From positions 5,828,001 through 5,892,000 of the forward strand of contig OX597829.1 of assembly GCA_951406725.2 (NCBI GenBank): 64,000 nucleotides of DNA, written 5' to 3'. This DNA comes from Octopus vulgaris (taxonomy: Eukaryota). The position numbers and the translations under genes were made by a program. Shown piece after piece: positions 11,265-23,648 of this stretch (positions are counted from its first letter, which is position 1; every line of letters starts with the position of its first letter). The notes below the pieces were generated by a model. That model had not been told where the DNA came from, did no database searches, and saw only the letters and a program-made list of their open reading frames with translations.

Positions 11265-12750
11265 GTTACTCTTACGAACTGCGATTGATCTTAAGGATTA
11301 GATAAAATCATGAGGTTTCCTTTTGGATTGACATTGCATCATCTATGAATTCGTCTTACAAAACTAAATTTCCATCTTTTCATTAATGGACTCCTGTAAC
11401 CCCATCCCCAAAAGTGGAAAAATACATTGATTTGTTTCGGTAAACGAGGGAATTTCTACGTGCTAGGTCGACCTACCTCGAAATGCTGCCCAAATCTTCC
11501 TTAAATCATACCTAACTGTCATACACAAGAGAAAGGCTATTAGATAATGGAGTCCTAGTTACAGAATGTCTAAAAAAAAAGAAGACTGCATAGTCACAGC
11601 CAGAATGCCTGTTCGATCGGGAAATAGCCGCCACATCTTTCCCATATCACAGCTTGTTATGTTCATAAGAGGAGCACATCGGATAATACACATATATTTC
11701 ACAATGTGACTTCATTTTATTTTCAAGTGTCACCTTTGTTTTTAGCATTATATTGTTGCTATGAAACTTTGTTTTCACTTTTATTGAGCTATATAATCTA
11801 GTTTTTAATTTCTCCAGTCACAATCGTGTTTCTAGCAGTCAGGTGTTCATAAAAAATATCGAATTCTTGGTACATCACTAGTGGCACTAACACGGAATTT
11901 AACATTAAGAAAGTGAAGTTTAATGGCAATTACAAACGAAAAGATCGTAACTATTAAAACATTTCAAACACTTTGCCCAAAAGAAACATTTGGATATAAC
12001 TGCAAGGTATCCATTCCTTTAATCATTATAAGAGCTAAGAAATTTTCAATTCGAAGTCTTTATATTTGTAATCACCAACGTTCACCAATCCATACGTGTA
12101 TGTGTAAATGTGTCGGTGTGTATGTGTGTGTGTACTTGTGCTTGTGCGAGCAGATGTTTATGTGTACGTATACGAGAGAATAAAAGTGAGCTAAGAGATA
12201 TATCTCGGAGTAGCCAGTTTAATTGTGTTTATTTGTGTCCTTGTTGTTTCTACTGGCACTAGTTTCTGTAATACAGTAAAGTTCACTCAAAGCTCTGTGT
12301 TATGCTGCTATTGTAAACATCATGTGTCTCTATATTATTATAAACATTTCTGGAGAACTTACAGAATATTTTATTCTACAAAGCATTACTATATTCTAAC
12401 TCATTGTTTCTGCACTACTGATACGCTGAAATGAAGGAGGGGGTCTCCTGACAGTCAGTTTCAGGATTTCCTGACCGCTCTTTAGAGAGGACTTATCTAT
12501 CTTCCTACCAAAATCTGTAGCATACACCAGCTACTTATTAAGTAGTCATTCATTAAGCATGCACCTCTTCACGAACGAGCGGTCAACATACCGGCAAAAC
12601 GTCCGTCAGACATTCCTCTCACTTTTAGAGCATGCCAATACATAAAAAGAAAGTGATTACATTTTTACTTTATACTTATGTAAGCCGCTGTAAGAATGCA
12701 TATTAATTAAAATTACACCATTTGCTCTGATTCAGGCTCAATTATATATG

Positions 12751-12789
<39 letters not shown>

Positions 12790-12852
12790 CGTATAAACAC
12801 GAGACAGGTAGCCTTGTTTGTCTCGTGTGGATATGATTAACACTAGGTTGGA

Positions 12853-12926
12853 CCCGCTGAAGAAAATCAAACCTTGTGAGTTCTCCAGGACCCGCTAAAA
12901 CATGATTAGAAACCAATTGGTCCAGG
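12853..12926 (+). ncRNA. Type-I hammerhead ribozyme motif with canonical core and palindromic stem III (H2)
   Basis: cccg CTGAAGA a aatca [33-nt loop] tgatt a GAAA ccaattgg TC cagg. Stem III is the perfect palindrome ACCAATTGGT (12912-12921) and the cleavage triplet is GUC. Stem I is imperfect. It lies in a short element abutting (TA)n. Confidence 0.6.
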
Positions 12927-13055
12927 ATACTAGTTGGTAAATGTTTTTCATTTCTAAAATTTATTCCTGTCGAATTTTTGTCCCAATTTTTTGTGGTCAT
13001 AGAACTTAGCTGTTATTTCTAATGCGTAGAATCCCTATAAGTGGATTCTCTATGT

Positions 13056-13113
<58 letters not shown>

Positions 13114-13411
13114 GTACGCATGTATAGATATATATCATATATATTTGTACGTATATGTATATATAAATGTGTGTATATATATATATATGCGGTGCCCCAG
13201 CATGGCCACAGTCAAAAGAATGAAATAAGTAAAAGAAAAAAATAAAAGAATATGCCTATTTATAATACCTGGGGCGTGTGTGTGCCTAATATTTGCTACA
13301 GAGATGTCGATAGGATTACCACGCTAAGGTCAATAAATTTGACGGTATGTGTATTTGCATTTGCGTGTGGTTATTTGTCTATATTAATATGCACGTATAA
13401 CTATATGCGTA

Positions 13412-13471
<60 letters not shown>

Positions 13472-13619
13472 TACGCATATATCATACATTGATATGCTGC
13501 TAAAATATATAGATGTATGTATGTTTGGATACACACACAAATTAAAATATATGCATAAAAATATACTTACATATATATGTAGATATGCACACGAATATAC
13601 TTAAGCATACACTCTAACG

Positions 13620-13895
<276 letters not shown>

Positions 13896-14454
13896 TACAC
13901 ACATACATCTACAGAATTTCCCGCTAGGGGAAAAGCAATGAAGCCATACATACCTCTGGCGCCCATTGATAAAGTGCTGCTATGTTTTAAGTAAAATTAA
14001 AAAGAAGAGGTTTCAAATCTCTACTAGAGTTGAGCGTGGTGTTGGTAGTGATAACGATACTGCTGCTAATGTTACTATCGGTGGTTGTTGTGTGGTGGTG
14101 ATAGTGTTTGTCATAACGATAGTGATGATGATATTCGTGCCGATGAAGAAGATGAGGGTTATGAATGTTGTGGTGAATCAGGCGGGGTCGAAAATTTTAT
14201 GTTGAGAAACGAGAAATAGTTTTTGACACCAGCTGCATAAACGAAACTAAATATCATAGACTCAACATTACTAGGAATGAAGTCAACAACGATAATAACA
14301 ACAGCAATACTTGACAACTTTTGAGAGATCTTAGTGAACAATATTACAGTAAAAATACTCATTTGGATTCAGCACAACATTTTTTTACAATATGCATAGA
14401 CAAAAACACATGTACGAACATATCCACATAATATACTTATATATATTGATGTGC

Positions 14455-14519
<65 letters not shown>

Positions 14520-15099
14520 TGTGTGTATACATTCATCCGTAAATATGTATATGTTTCCTTGTTTCGGCATATTTTTCGTAAATTGCTTCACAAAGAATAT
14601 GAAAAAATATTGAAAAACATATAACGCTCCAAGCTGAGATAGTTTAATGTAGTTGTATTCATAAAGGAAAAGCTACCAACTATTTTGTGATATCAGCTTT
14701 CAGGTCCTGTTCATCTCCGTATAATGCAAAAAATTTGGAAAACATTTTGAAGAAATATTTATTTTCCAAATTACCGCTTCCATCAGGTTGAAGAATCTTT
14801 GAGATTTGGAATTTTTTCTTATAAAATTGAAGTCTTTGGGAAAAATAGTGCATTTGTTCAAAGTTGCGAGGAAAAGGAAAATGTTATTTGTGTGAACGAG
14901 TGAGTTTAACGTCCACAAATATAGGGAACATAATAGTTGCATGGAAAGGGAAGATTACAAAGGATGGGGAAAATAGAATATGTTATAAAATGTATAACTT
15001 TAGTAGTAAAAGCATTCAAATTCTGAAGTAAAGCAATATCTGGTATCCTTGAATACACGTGATTCTAAACAGGTGAAGGTATTTCCTAGCTGCTTTGTA

Positions 15100-15900
15100 G
15101 TCCTTATTCAAAGTGTCTACATTTCACAAAATTCTCTGATAGCATGATTAAATAGAGGTCATGTCTATGAAAGTTTACGAATACTCTTCTCTTTCCAGAT
15201 GTGCACAGATAACACGTTGTACTTCTTTTGGTGTGCGTGGAACCTTTCAGGATTTCCATATACTTCTGTACTTCTAAGCATTCTTTGTTTTCCAATGCAT
15301 ACAACAAATTTTATAGTGGTCTCTTGATCAAGATGTTTGAAAGAGGATATATGATTATAAACTATTTGTCTAAATAACCCCTCTGTCGGGCTTGTAAGAC
15401 ATCTATGTGATTTTGCTATACTGAGTTCCGGAGATGACCTCAGTGCCATAAAGCATTGCTTCTAGGTTGTGACTTTTCTTTAGTAGTTATGTCTTAAATC
15501 TCCTACATGAACATAGACTCCGTGTGTGCCATATGTTTTATTCTTATATTCAGGGCGCATCTAAAGCTAGACTTAGAAAATCTTTCTATGATAAATATCA
15601 TATTCAGTGATAAAAAGAGGTATACATAATTTTGAACTGTGAAAGGAGAGTAGGTGATGTGAGTTATATTCTCTTTGAATATACTAACTAGTAAACTTTA
15701 TTGTGAAAAGAAGCTAAATTCTCGAATATTTTCTAATTCGAGTACAGCCTTCTGTTAACATTATCGATGAAAATCTTAAAGACTTTGGGGAATATAATTA
15801 GACATTAATATAAAGAGGTTTTTTCTTTATTTGTTTTCCTCAAAAGTTTGTGCAACCAAGCAGTGAAATCCATATGAGTGAAATAAATCCATAGTCTTGA
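15100..15900 (-). mobile_element. Degraded Penelope-like element (RT thumb/linker and GIY-YIG endonuclease remnant)
   Basis: Minus-strand remnants KKPLYINV, VNRRL, TEGLFRQIVYNHISSFKH and MEILKGS...CYLCTSGK...SENFVKCRH match PLE GIY-YIG consensus-like motifs (TE..FK.RY.NH..SF.H; W.IL....CNLC..EK....SE...KCRH). Confidence 0.7.
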
Positions 15901-17263
15901 ATAAGTGGTATGAACTGGGCTTGGAGGTCCAGATAGCAAAATGAATAACAGCGCACACGATGAAGCGAATTGCTTTATAAATACCTACTCATGCACACAA
16001 CACACGCGCGCACACACACACGCACACGCACGCGTACACACACATCGATATACTAGATAGTTTATTTTCGGTGAGCCACCGAATTCAAAAACCAGTCTTT
16101 GAATGATGACAGGAATATCTAGATAAAACAGATACGGTCTCTCACGTCAGCTTGCAACGGCTTATGTGGCTGAAGAAGAGATAACTGCTCCGAACTGTAT
16201 GTACCCCGTAGTCAGGACAGATGGCGCTGCGAGCTGCTAAATTCTTTATAAGATAGATAGTTCTGTATTTATTTTATATGCTGGCCAATGATAAAACGAC
16301 AACGTATACTGAGTGGAAAACCGAACGGGAGACAAACACAGAAGATCCCTAATTCTTCACCAGTTATCAACCAATTGCTAATAGTTTCGTGCGCGCGCAC
16401 ACACATACATGCTTGCATGTATGTGTGTTCTTTTAATCTTATACAAGTTCCAGTCATGTGACTGCTGTTTTACTATACACCTATTATTAGTTCAATCCAT
16501 CAAAACCAGGAGATACATTCTTCAATCTATTTGTCGTATCACTAAATTATGGGGTATGAAGATGAAAAAACTTCAGTTTAAACGTAAACAGATACAAAAA
16601 AGTATATACCGACATATGTAAATTCCCTGCAAAACGGAGATAATTCATATAACACATCTTGTATGATGTTTAATATACTTTTATTTCTCTCTATTGTTGA
16701 AATATTTCCTACTCGTTACTCCGAATTATTTATCTTAGTCCATATTTCTATTTTCTTGTAGACGTACAAACACATGCTCGCACGGACATAACTGCGCGCA
16801 CACAAATGCACACACATTCACACACACACCCTCTCACATACACACATAGATTGGTGAATGTTGGTGATAAGAAATCTCCTTGATTGGAAACTGTAAGATT
16901 CATGTTCCCTATACAAAACTTTTGAACAATCTTAAGAAGCTGCGGCTTCTAACGACATCAGTAACAAGAGAGCAACTGAAAATTCTTCTCTGTGTTCTCT
17001 ATATAAGAGTATATGTTATATGTGTATGTGTGCGTGAGCGATGTATATAGGATATATAGATACACACTCACACACACACACACACACACACATACACACA
17101 CATGTATGACACCCACGTACACATACACACATTTTCACTATATTTTTATCTTTAAATTTGCCCGTGAGCAATTCCACATCACTTGTTCCAAATATTTCTT
17201 TCACTCTTTCTTTGTGTCTTTCTTTCTCTCTCATTCACTCTCTCACTCCTCTTCTCTCTTTAT

Positions 17264-17323
<60 letters not shown>

Positions 17324-17829
17324 GTATGTATTATATATTCATTATTCATAAATTATATTTGTACACACGACTGAATAAAAAACTGCAAACATAGAGATGC
17401 ATACCTACACATATGACACTCACACATACACGCATATATGTGCATGCGCGCGTGTGTGTATACGCATATATATATGGTTATATAACCTTTTTTTTTACCT
17501 TACATAATACTATACATCTACACACGTCCTACGCACCGACGTAAACATATGAATGTTTATTTGCATGTGCTTACGTAGGCGTGCATGCGTGTATGTGGGT
17601 GGGGTGTTTGCGCGTGTTCGTACGTGTGGGGGTGTGTTTGTGTATGTTGGAATCGGATTTTAAACTTATAACAATTTTTTGTCCTAAAATAATGTTTCGG
17701 ATTTCGCTGATTGATCATTCTCTTCTGGCTTGGCTCACTCTCATCCTTGTTTGTTTTTTTTTCCTTTTCGCATTTTTCTTTTGTTTTTTTTTTAGTTTGT
17801 AGATATACAAGGATGTTTGTCTTTACATG

Positions 17830-18005
17830 CCTATATGTATGCATGTATGCATGTATGCATGTATGTATGTATGTATGTATGTATGCATGCATGCATGTAA
17901 GTATGTATGTATGTATGCATGCATGCATGCATGTATGTAAGTATGTATGTATGTATGCATGTATGTATGTATGTATGTATGCATGTATGTATGTATGTAT
18001 GTATG

Positions 18006-18036
<31 letters not shown>

Positions 18037-18061
18037 GTATGTATGTATGTATGTATGTATG

Positions 18062-18092
<31 letters not shown>

Positions 18093-18093
18093 G

Positions 18094-18124
<31 letters not shown>

Positions 18125-18340
18125 GTATGTATGTATGTATGTAAGTATGTATGTATGTATGTATGTATGTATGTATGTATGTATGCATGCATGCATGTAT
18201 GTAAGTATGTATGTATTTATGTATGTATGTATGTATGTATGTATGTATGCATGCATGCATGCATGCATGTATGTATGCACGCATGTATGTATGCATGCAT
18301 GCATGCATGTATGTATGTATGTATGTATGCATGTATGTGT
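17830..18340. repeat. (ATGT)n compound microsatellite
   Basis: Direct reading; source of the YVCM/HTYI ORFs. Confidence 0.95.
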
Positions 18341-18480
18341 GTGTGTATTTATATATGTAAGCATGCATATATGTATGTATTTTATGTATATGCACAAGCA
18401 TAAATACGCGTGCGTGCGTATTAAATACACACATATATTACAAGTTAAAAGTTAAACATGCTATGTCTAGTTGCATGTTA

Positions 18481-18530
<50 letters not shown>

Positions 18531-18679
18531 TGTGTATGTGTGTTAAATGCATATTCATTTATATGTATATATGTATATGTAGTTAGACATATATATATAT
18601 ATATATATTTACATTTGATCGTTCATTTGTGTATTCTGAACACATACACATACATACACAGAGTCTGTGCTGTTTTCCT

Positions 18680-19085
18680 TTAAGGCCGTGTGGGTGTGGG
18701 CATGCACCCACTCTGCGTATGTTCTTCGTCAAAAGGAATCAACTGCAAGAGTTACAGGGCCAAATAACAGACCGAATACTGAGTCTCTTCAGTATCTACC
18801 CTTAACTCTGGAAACATGGGTAGTTCGTTCAACATCCTTAAAAAACCTTTATTCAGGGACCTTTTGAGAGGGATTGGTTACTCGACCAGAAGAAAATTCT
18901 AAGTGGGCCCCACCTGCAAGGTCATGCCCTGTTTATCTTGATATGAGATTACCATGTCACGCACATATGGTTGTGATGCATGTACCTGGTGTACCCTTAT
19001 CAGACGGGTAGTCATGATGGGTATACTGGGCTTCGTATATTTTACCCCAGTGTCACTTTGATGGCATGCACTGATCTCTCACTCA
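18680..19085 (+). mobile_element. Probable 3' end/3' UTR of a non-LTR retroelement with (AAT)n tail
   Basis: GC-richer block that ends abruptly (...ctctcactc) in a long (AAT)n tract. No ORF motif strong enough to assign the family. Confidence 0.4.
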
Positions 19086-19133
19086 ATAATAATAATAATA
19101 ATAATGATAATAATAATAATGATAATAATAATG

Positions 19134-19175
<42 letters not shown>

Positions 19176-19217
19176 GTAATAATAATAATGATAATAATAA
19201 TAATAATAATAATAATG

Positions 19218-19269
<52 letters not shown>

Positions 19270-19282
19270 TGATGATGATAAT
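19086..19282. repeat. (AAT)n/(GAT)n microsatellite
   Basis: Direct reading. Confidence 0.95.
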
Positions 19283-19333
19283 AACATGGAAAAATATCTT
19301 AGGAATGAGAACTCAGGTCTGAAATTTTCCCAA

Positions 19334-19380
19334 GAAACCTGATGAAGGCTGGAGTGTATATCAGCCAAAACGTTATATTA
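19334..19380 (+). ncRNA. Minimal type-I hammerhead ribozyme motif, decayed (H1, second copy)
   Basis: CTGATGA a GGCTG gagtgtatat CAGCC aAAA cg tt. Perfect 5-bp stem II and palindromic AACGTT stem III, but GAAA is mutated to AAAA. The host element spans ~19285-19420 after (AAT)n. Confidence 0.6.
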
Positions 19381-19556
19381 ACAACAAACAAGATGAGGAC
19401 AAATGTAAATAATATAAATAATATCGATACACACATACATAAATTGTATATACATATATATGTATATATGTGTATGTGTGTGTATATCTATGTATCATCA
19501 ATACTATCTTACCATCCACGTTCCATAGCGGTCTTGTATGTATGTATGTATGTATG

Positions 19557-19815
19557 TTAGTTAGTTAGTTAGTTAGGCTCAAAAGCAAATAGCAAGGCCA
19601 TGTAGGGGGACATGGAGTTAAGTACAGGGTGGTGTTCATGTAAAGAGTTCAGGCCACTTGAGGTCCAGGGAGGCTTTGAACAAAGCGGTCGTCGGCATCT
19701 TCACCATCTCGTCTGGCAGCTTGTTCCACGGATCCGCAACCCGGAAGGAGAAAGCTCCTCTCCTTCGATTGAGATGAAATCGTCGCAGGTAGAGCTTTTC
19801 GGAATGACCCCGCAG
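19557..19815 (-). mobile_element. 3' end of a CR1-clade LINE with (TAAC)n tail, embedded in (TACA)n
   Basis: LRGHSEKLYLRRFHLNRRRGAFSFRVADPWNKLPDEMVKMPTTALFKASLD matches the CR1 ORF2 C-terminal signature RGH..KL...R...F..RV...WN.LP..V......FK..LD. A short 3' UTR and ctaactaactaac tail follow. Confidence 0.85.
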
Positions 19816-20090
19816 TATGTATGTATGTATGTATGTATGTATGTATGTATGTATGTATGTATGTGTGCATGTATGTATGTATGTATGCATGCATGTATGT
19901 ATGTGTGCATGTATGTATGCATGTATGTATGTATGTATGTATGTATGTATGTATGTGTGCATGTATGTATGCATGCATGTATGTTTGTATGAATGTATGT
20001 ATGTATGTATGTATGTATGTATGTATGTATGTATTTATGTATGTATGCATGTATGTATGCATGTATGTATGTATGTATGTGTGTGTGTAT
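19816..20090. repeat. (ATGT)n microsatellite
   Basis: Direct reading. Confidence 0.95.
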
Positions 20091-20192
20091 TTATATGTGC
20101 CTGTAGAACAGTGCTATTTTTATTCAACAATAATTTAAGAAATAAGCAATGTAAATTCTGTATTTGTTTTGATAATTATACTGCACTCCAAA

Positions 20193-20274
<82 letters not shown>

Positions 20275-20451
20275 GTGTATGTATTTGTGTTACTTTGTGT
20301 TTATTGACTGAAATAAATGCCCACATGTGTATATAGGTACAAACATACTACTTGGTTTCCTTTTTTCATTCTTTCCTCCATCCCGCTCTCTCTCTCTCTC
20401 TCTCTCTTCTCTCTTTTACATACACTATCACCCACCTGCACACTAACACAT

Positions 20452-20503
<52 letters not shown>

Positions 20504-20641
20504 CGGAGATGTACTTGCATAGCGAGTGACCTGATCTGAGATCGTGTGCTGGAACGAAAACAATTGCAGCGTGGAAGGTGTTTATAAACCATTTAAGAAA
20601 CACACAAAAACCGTTAGATTCACTTCAACATTTAAATTCAA

Positions 20642-20693
20642 TTTGTCAAAATATTTTCGTCGCTTTCAGACCCTCGACCTCTTCACTGACAAA
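20642..20693 (-). ncRNA. Minimal type-I hammerhead-like motif with C3G core (H3)
   Basis: Minus strand: TTTGTCA GTGAAGA g GTCG agggtctgaaag CGAC GAAA atat TT TGACAAA. 7-bp stem I, 4-bp stem II, palindromic AATATT stem III. It lies in a ~220-bp element (20502-20720) between (TA)n tracts. Confidence 0.55.
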
Positions 20694-20725
20694 ATTCCGT
20701 GCTGCACGGCTTTCATAAATATTTA

Positions 20726-20772
<47 letters not shown>

Positions 20773-21745
20773 TATATATATATACATAAATATAAATTTA
20801 TATGGCCCATATATCTGTAAATATAATATGTGACAATTATTCGGTAGCCATGATAAAACTCCGAGTTTCGGATGTCGGGGCGGAAACCCACACAGGTTAC
20901 TTTTATTGTCGGTGTGGTTGTTGTTGTTGTTCGGGTAGCAGCATCTACATCATCATCATCATCATCATCATCAACATTGTTATTATTATTATTAGCATTG
21001 TTATTATTATTTAAAAGAAGTTATTTCAAGAATAATTTGTTATTTTAAATTGTTTTCGATAGATATATTTGTTTAAAATATTTTTCTATGAAGTGAAATA
21101 CTGAGTTCTTGTCAGAATGCCGGAAGTTGGTTATTCGTCATTCTGATCGTAAGAATAGCTGTTATGATATCGTAAGAATTATTTTAATAGGTGATTACGA
21201 TTATGATGATGAACAGTTTTATAAACATATTGCCACGGATAAGGATATTGATAATAGTTACGATTAAGGTTTATGTTAACAGCTATAATTAAAATCTATA
21301 AATGGTAAGATGAAAAAAATTAAATGGTCGTTATAATTATACCAATTATTATTTTATTATTATGATGTTATGAACCAGAAATTATATGTGAAGGCGCTTC
21401 ACTTCATTATTCACAAGAATAATATTTGTTTACAAAAGAAAAAGACTTCATAGTCGATTAAGTTGATCGCTTTGCTTAATTTATATCTATTTTATTAAAT
21501 ATGTATGAAGAAAGACAGCCCCAGCAGGATTTGAATCTCAGATTAAAGATTAAATACAAAATTTTGTTCGAAATTTTGCCGTCATTGATAGCGTATAAAA
21601 AATGATGTTATTCGCAACACTAATGAAGACTTAGAGGAGTTTGTTACTTGATTGGAACTACCTTAATACATAACTGACACTTGTTAGCTCCTACACGCAT
21701 TTTTCTCCTTTTTTTCTCTCCCTGTTTTTTTTTTTTTTCTGTGTA

Positions 21746-21783
21746 TCTTTCTGTCGAAGAGCGTAGGCTCGAAACGTAAAAGA
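21746..21783 (+). ncRNA. Minimal type-I hammerhead motif with A6U core (H4)
   Basis: TCTTT CTGTCGA a GAGC gtag GCTC GAAA cg TA AAAGA. 5-bp stem I, 4-bp stem II with tetraloop, palindromic ACGT stem III, GUA triplet. The host element (~21640-21875) ends in (TA)n. Confidence 0.65.
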
Positions 21784-21873
21784 CTTGTTCTATTTCTATT
21801 CCTGAGCGCCATACTAATACATTTGTTTGTTTGTACTCCACCTGCCTTTTGTTTATTTTCGTAAACCTTCCCG

Positions 21874-21914
<41 letters not shown>

Positions 21915-22024
21915 TACAATAAATTCAGGGTGAATACTTGATAAGTATAAGCACCTGTATATGCCAGCTAGTAGCAGAGGTGAGAGGATATATATCCTTT
22001 GTGTTCTGTTTTTTAATTCATTTG

Positions 22025-22086
<62 letters not shown>

Positions 22087-23438
22087 CTGCACTTGGAGGC
22101 ATGAGAAACAATATAACTCTGATATAACTCTAATCGAGGCAACGATTTCGGACATTGACATAGTCATTGATACAACTAGATATGTTGAGAAGAGCTTATT
22201 ATATGTCTCATACTTATTTTTGTTAAACCCAGGCAGATGTAAGACAAAGTCCTGTCTAGAGGATTTGATATACATAGAAAGAAATATTGAACCGGAAAGC
22301 TTTTGATTATAAATTCTATTACTTCTGTCATCTTCAAACCCTTGTAAAAATATTTTAAAGTTTGGTGGAAGGCCATGCATTTCAAAGGAGGTTATTGATT
22401 GAATTGGTTCGAAATTGACTGGAGAGCCTACCTGGTGCTGGTCATTGTAAACAATACAATTAGCAGTATCAAAAATGGCACCTCCAGCCCTGAAGCATAC
22501 ACATTCATACGCACAAGTATAAACTTACTCATGTCATACATATACACACGTACACATAACTGCATCTCCAACTAGTTTTCTTTTAGCTGCCAAATATATG
22601 GTTTAGATTGCCAACTACAATCAATAAATCTTGGTTTATATAAACTTTTACGTGTAGAAAATTTACGTTTAGACCATCTTAAAACTGGTGATTCATAACT
22701 TTCTTTCACATATAAAAAAAAACGGATACGCTATGACCTGATTACAAGTCTATACACCCTATCTCCACACAGATAATGGCTCTGCATAAAACTTCAGAGT
22801 AACTTTGTATGCAAATTGATGGTCTTCTTATACCACTGTAGTATTTCTCATGCGAACCTGATTGGTATTATTCAATGACTTCAACTTCTTTTCACTTACA
22901 TGCATAAATACACAGTGATGGTTATTTTCAACAAAGTTAAATATTCATAGGAACAGTTTGTAGCTGAGTAAATTGTCCCCAGCTATTTCATTGGTCCAAC
23001 ATAAGGGAAAATGTATGGGTTTTAAATCAAAGTATACGGACGACATAATATCAAAATTTTACCGAACTACTGCTAGCATTGAAACATTTAAATGAGGTTG
23101 CAAATGTAGGAGCTGGATTAAGTTGACTAACAATTTATTTAATTCAGTCCAGAAGAATAAAAAAGCATGGTTTCCTTTGACAGCATTTGAACTCAGAACG
23201 CAAAGTTCCACTGGAAAATTGGCATTCCACCATCCATATTAATAATTTCTGGCATAAGACAAGTCCTGAAATTTGGGGTGAGATCAGTCAATGAAATCCA
23301 TCGTTGCACTTTATTTAATCAACAAGAGGGAGATGAAGAGAAAAGCTGATCTCGGAGGAGACTAATCTTAGAAAGTAATCAGCCAGAAATACGACAAGGC
23401 ATTTTGTCCAACTCTCTCTCCAATCTCCAATGCTCCAC

Positions 23439-23439
<1 letters not shown>

Positions 23440-23470
<31 letters not shown>

Positions 23471-23597
23471 TATAATAATAATTATAATAATAATAACAAC
23501 AACAACAACAACAATAATAATAATAATAATGATAATAATAATAATAATAATAATAATGATAATAATAATGATAATAATGATAATAATAATAATAATG

Positions 23598-23645
<48 letters not shown>

Positions 23646-23648
23646 TAA
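23440..23648. repeat. (TAA)n tract, 5' flank of the Dong insertion
   Basis: Direct reading. Confidence 0.95.

Noticed and set aside
21938-22385. Overlapping ~120-aa ORFs on both strands
   Set aside because: Length is inflated by a (TA)n tract and no domain is recognised.
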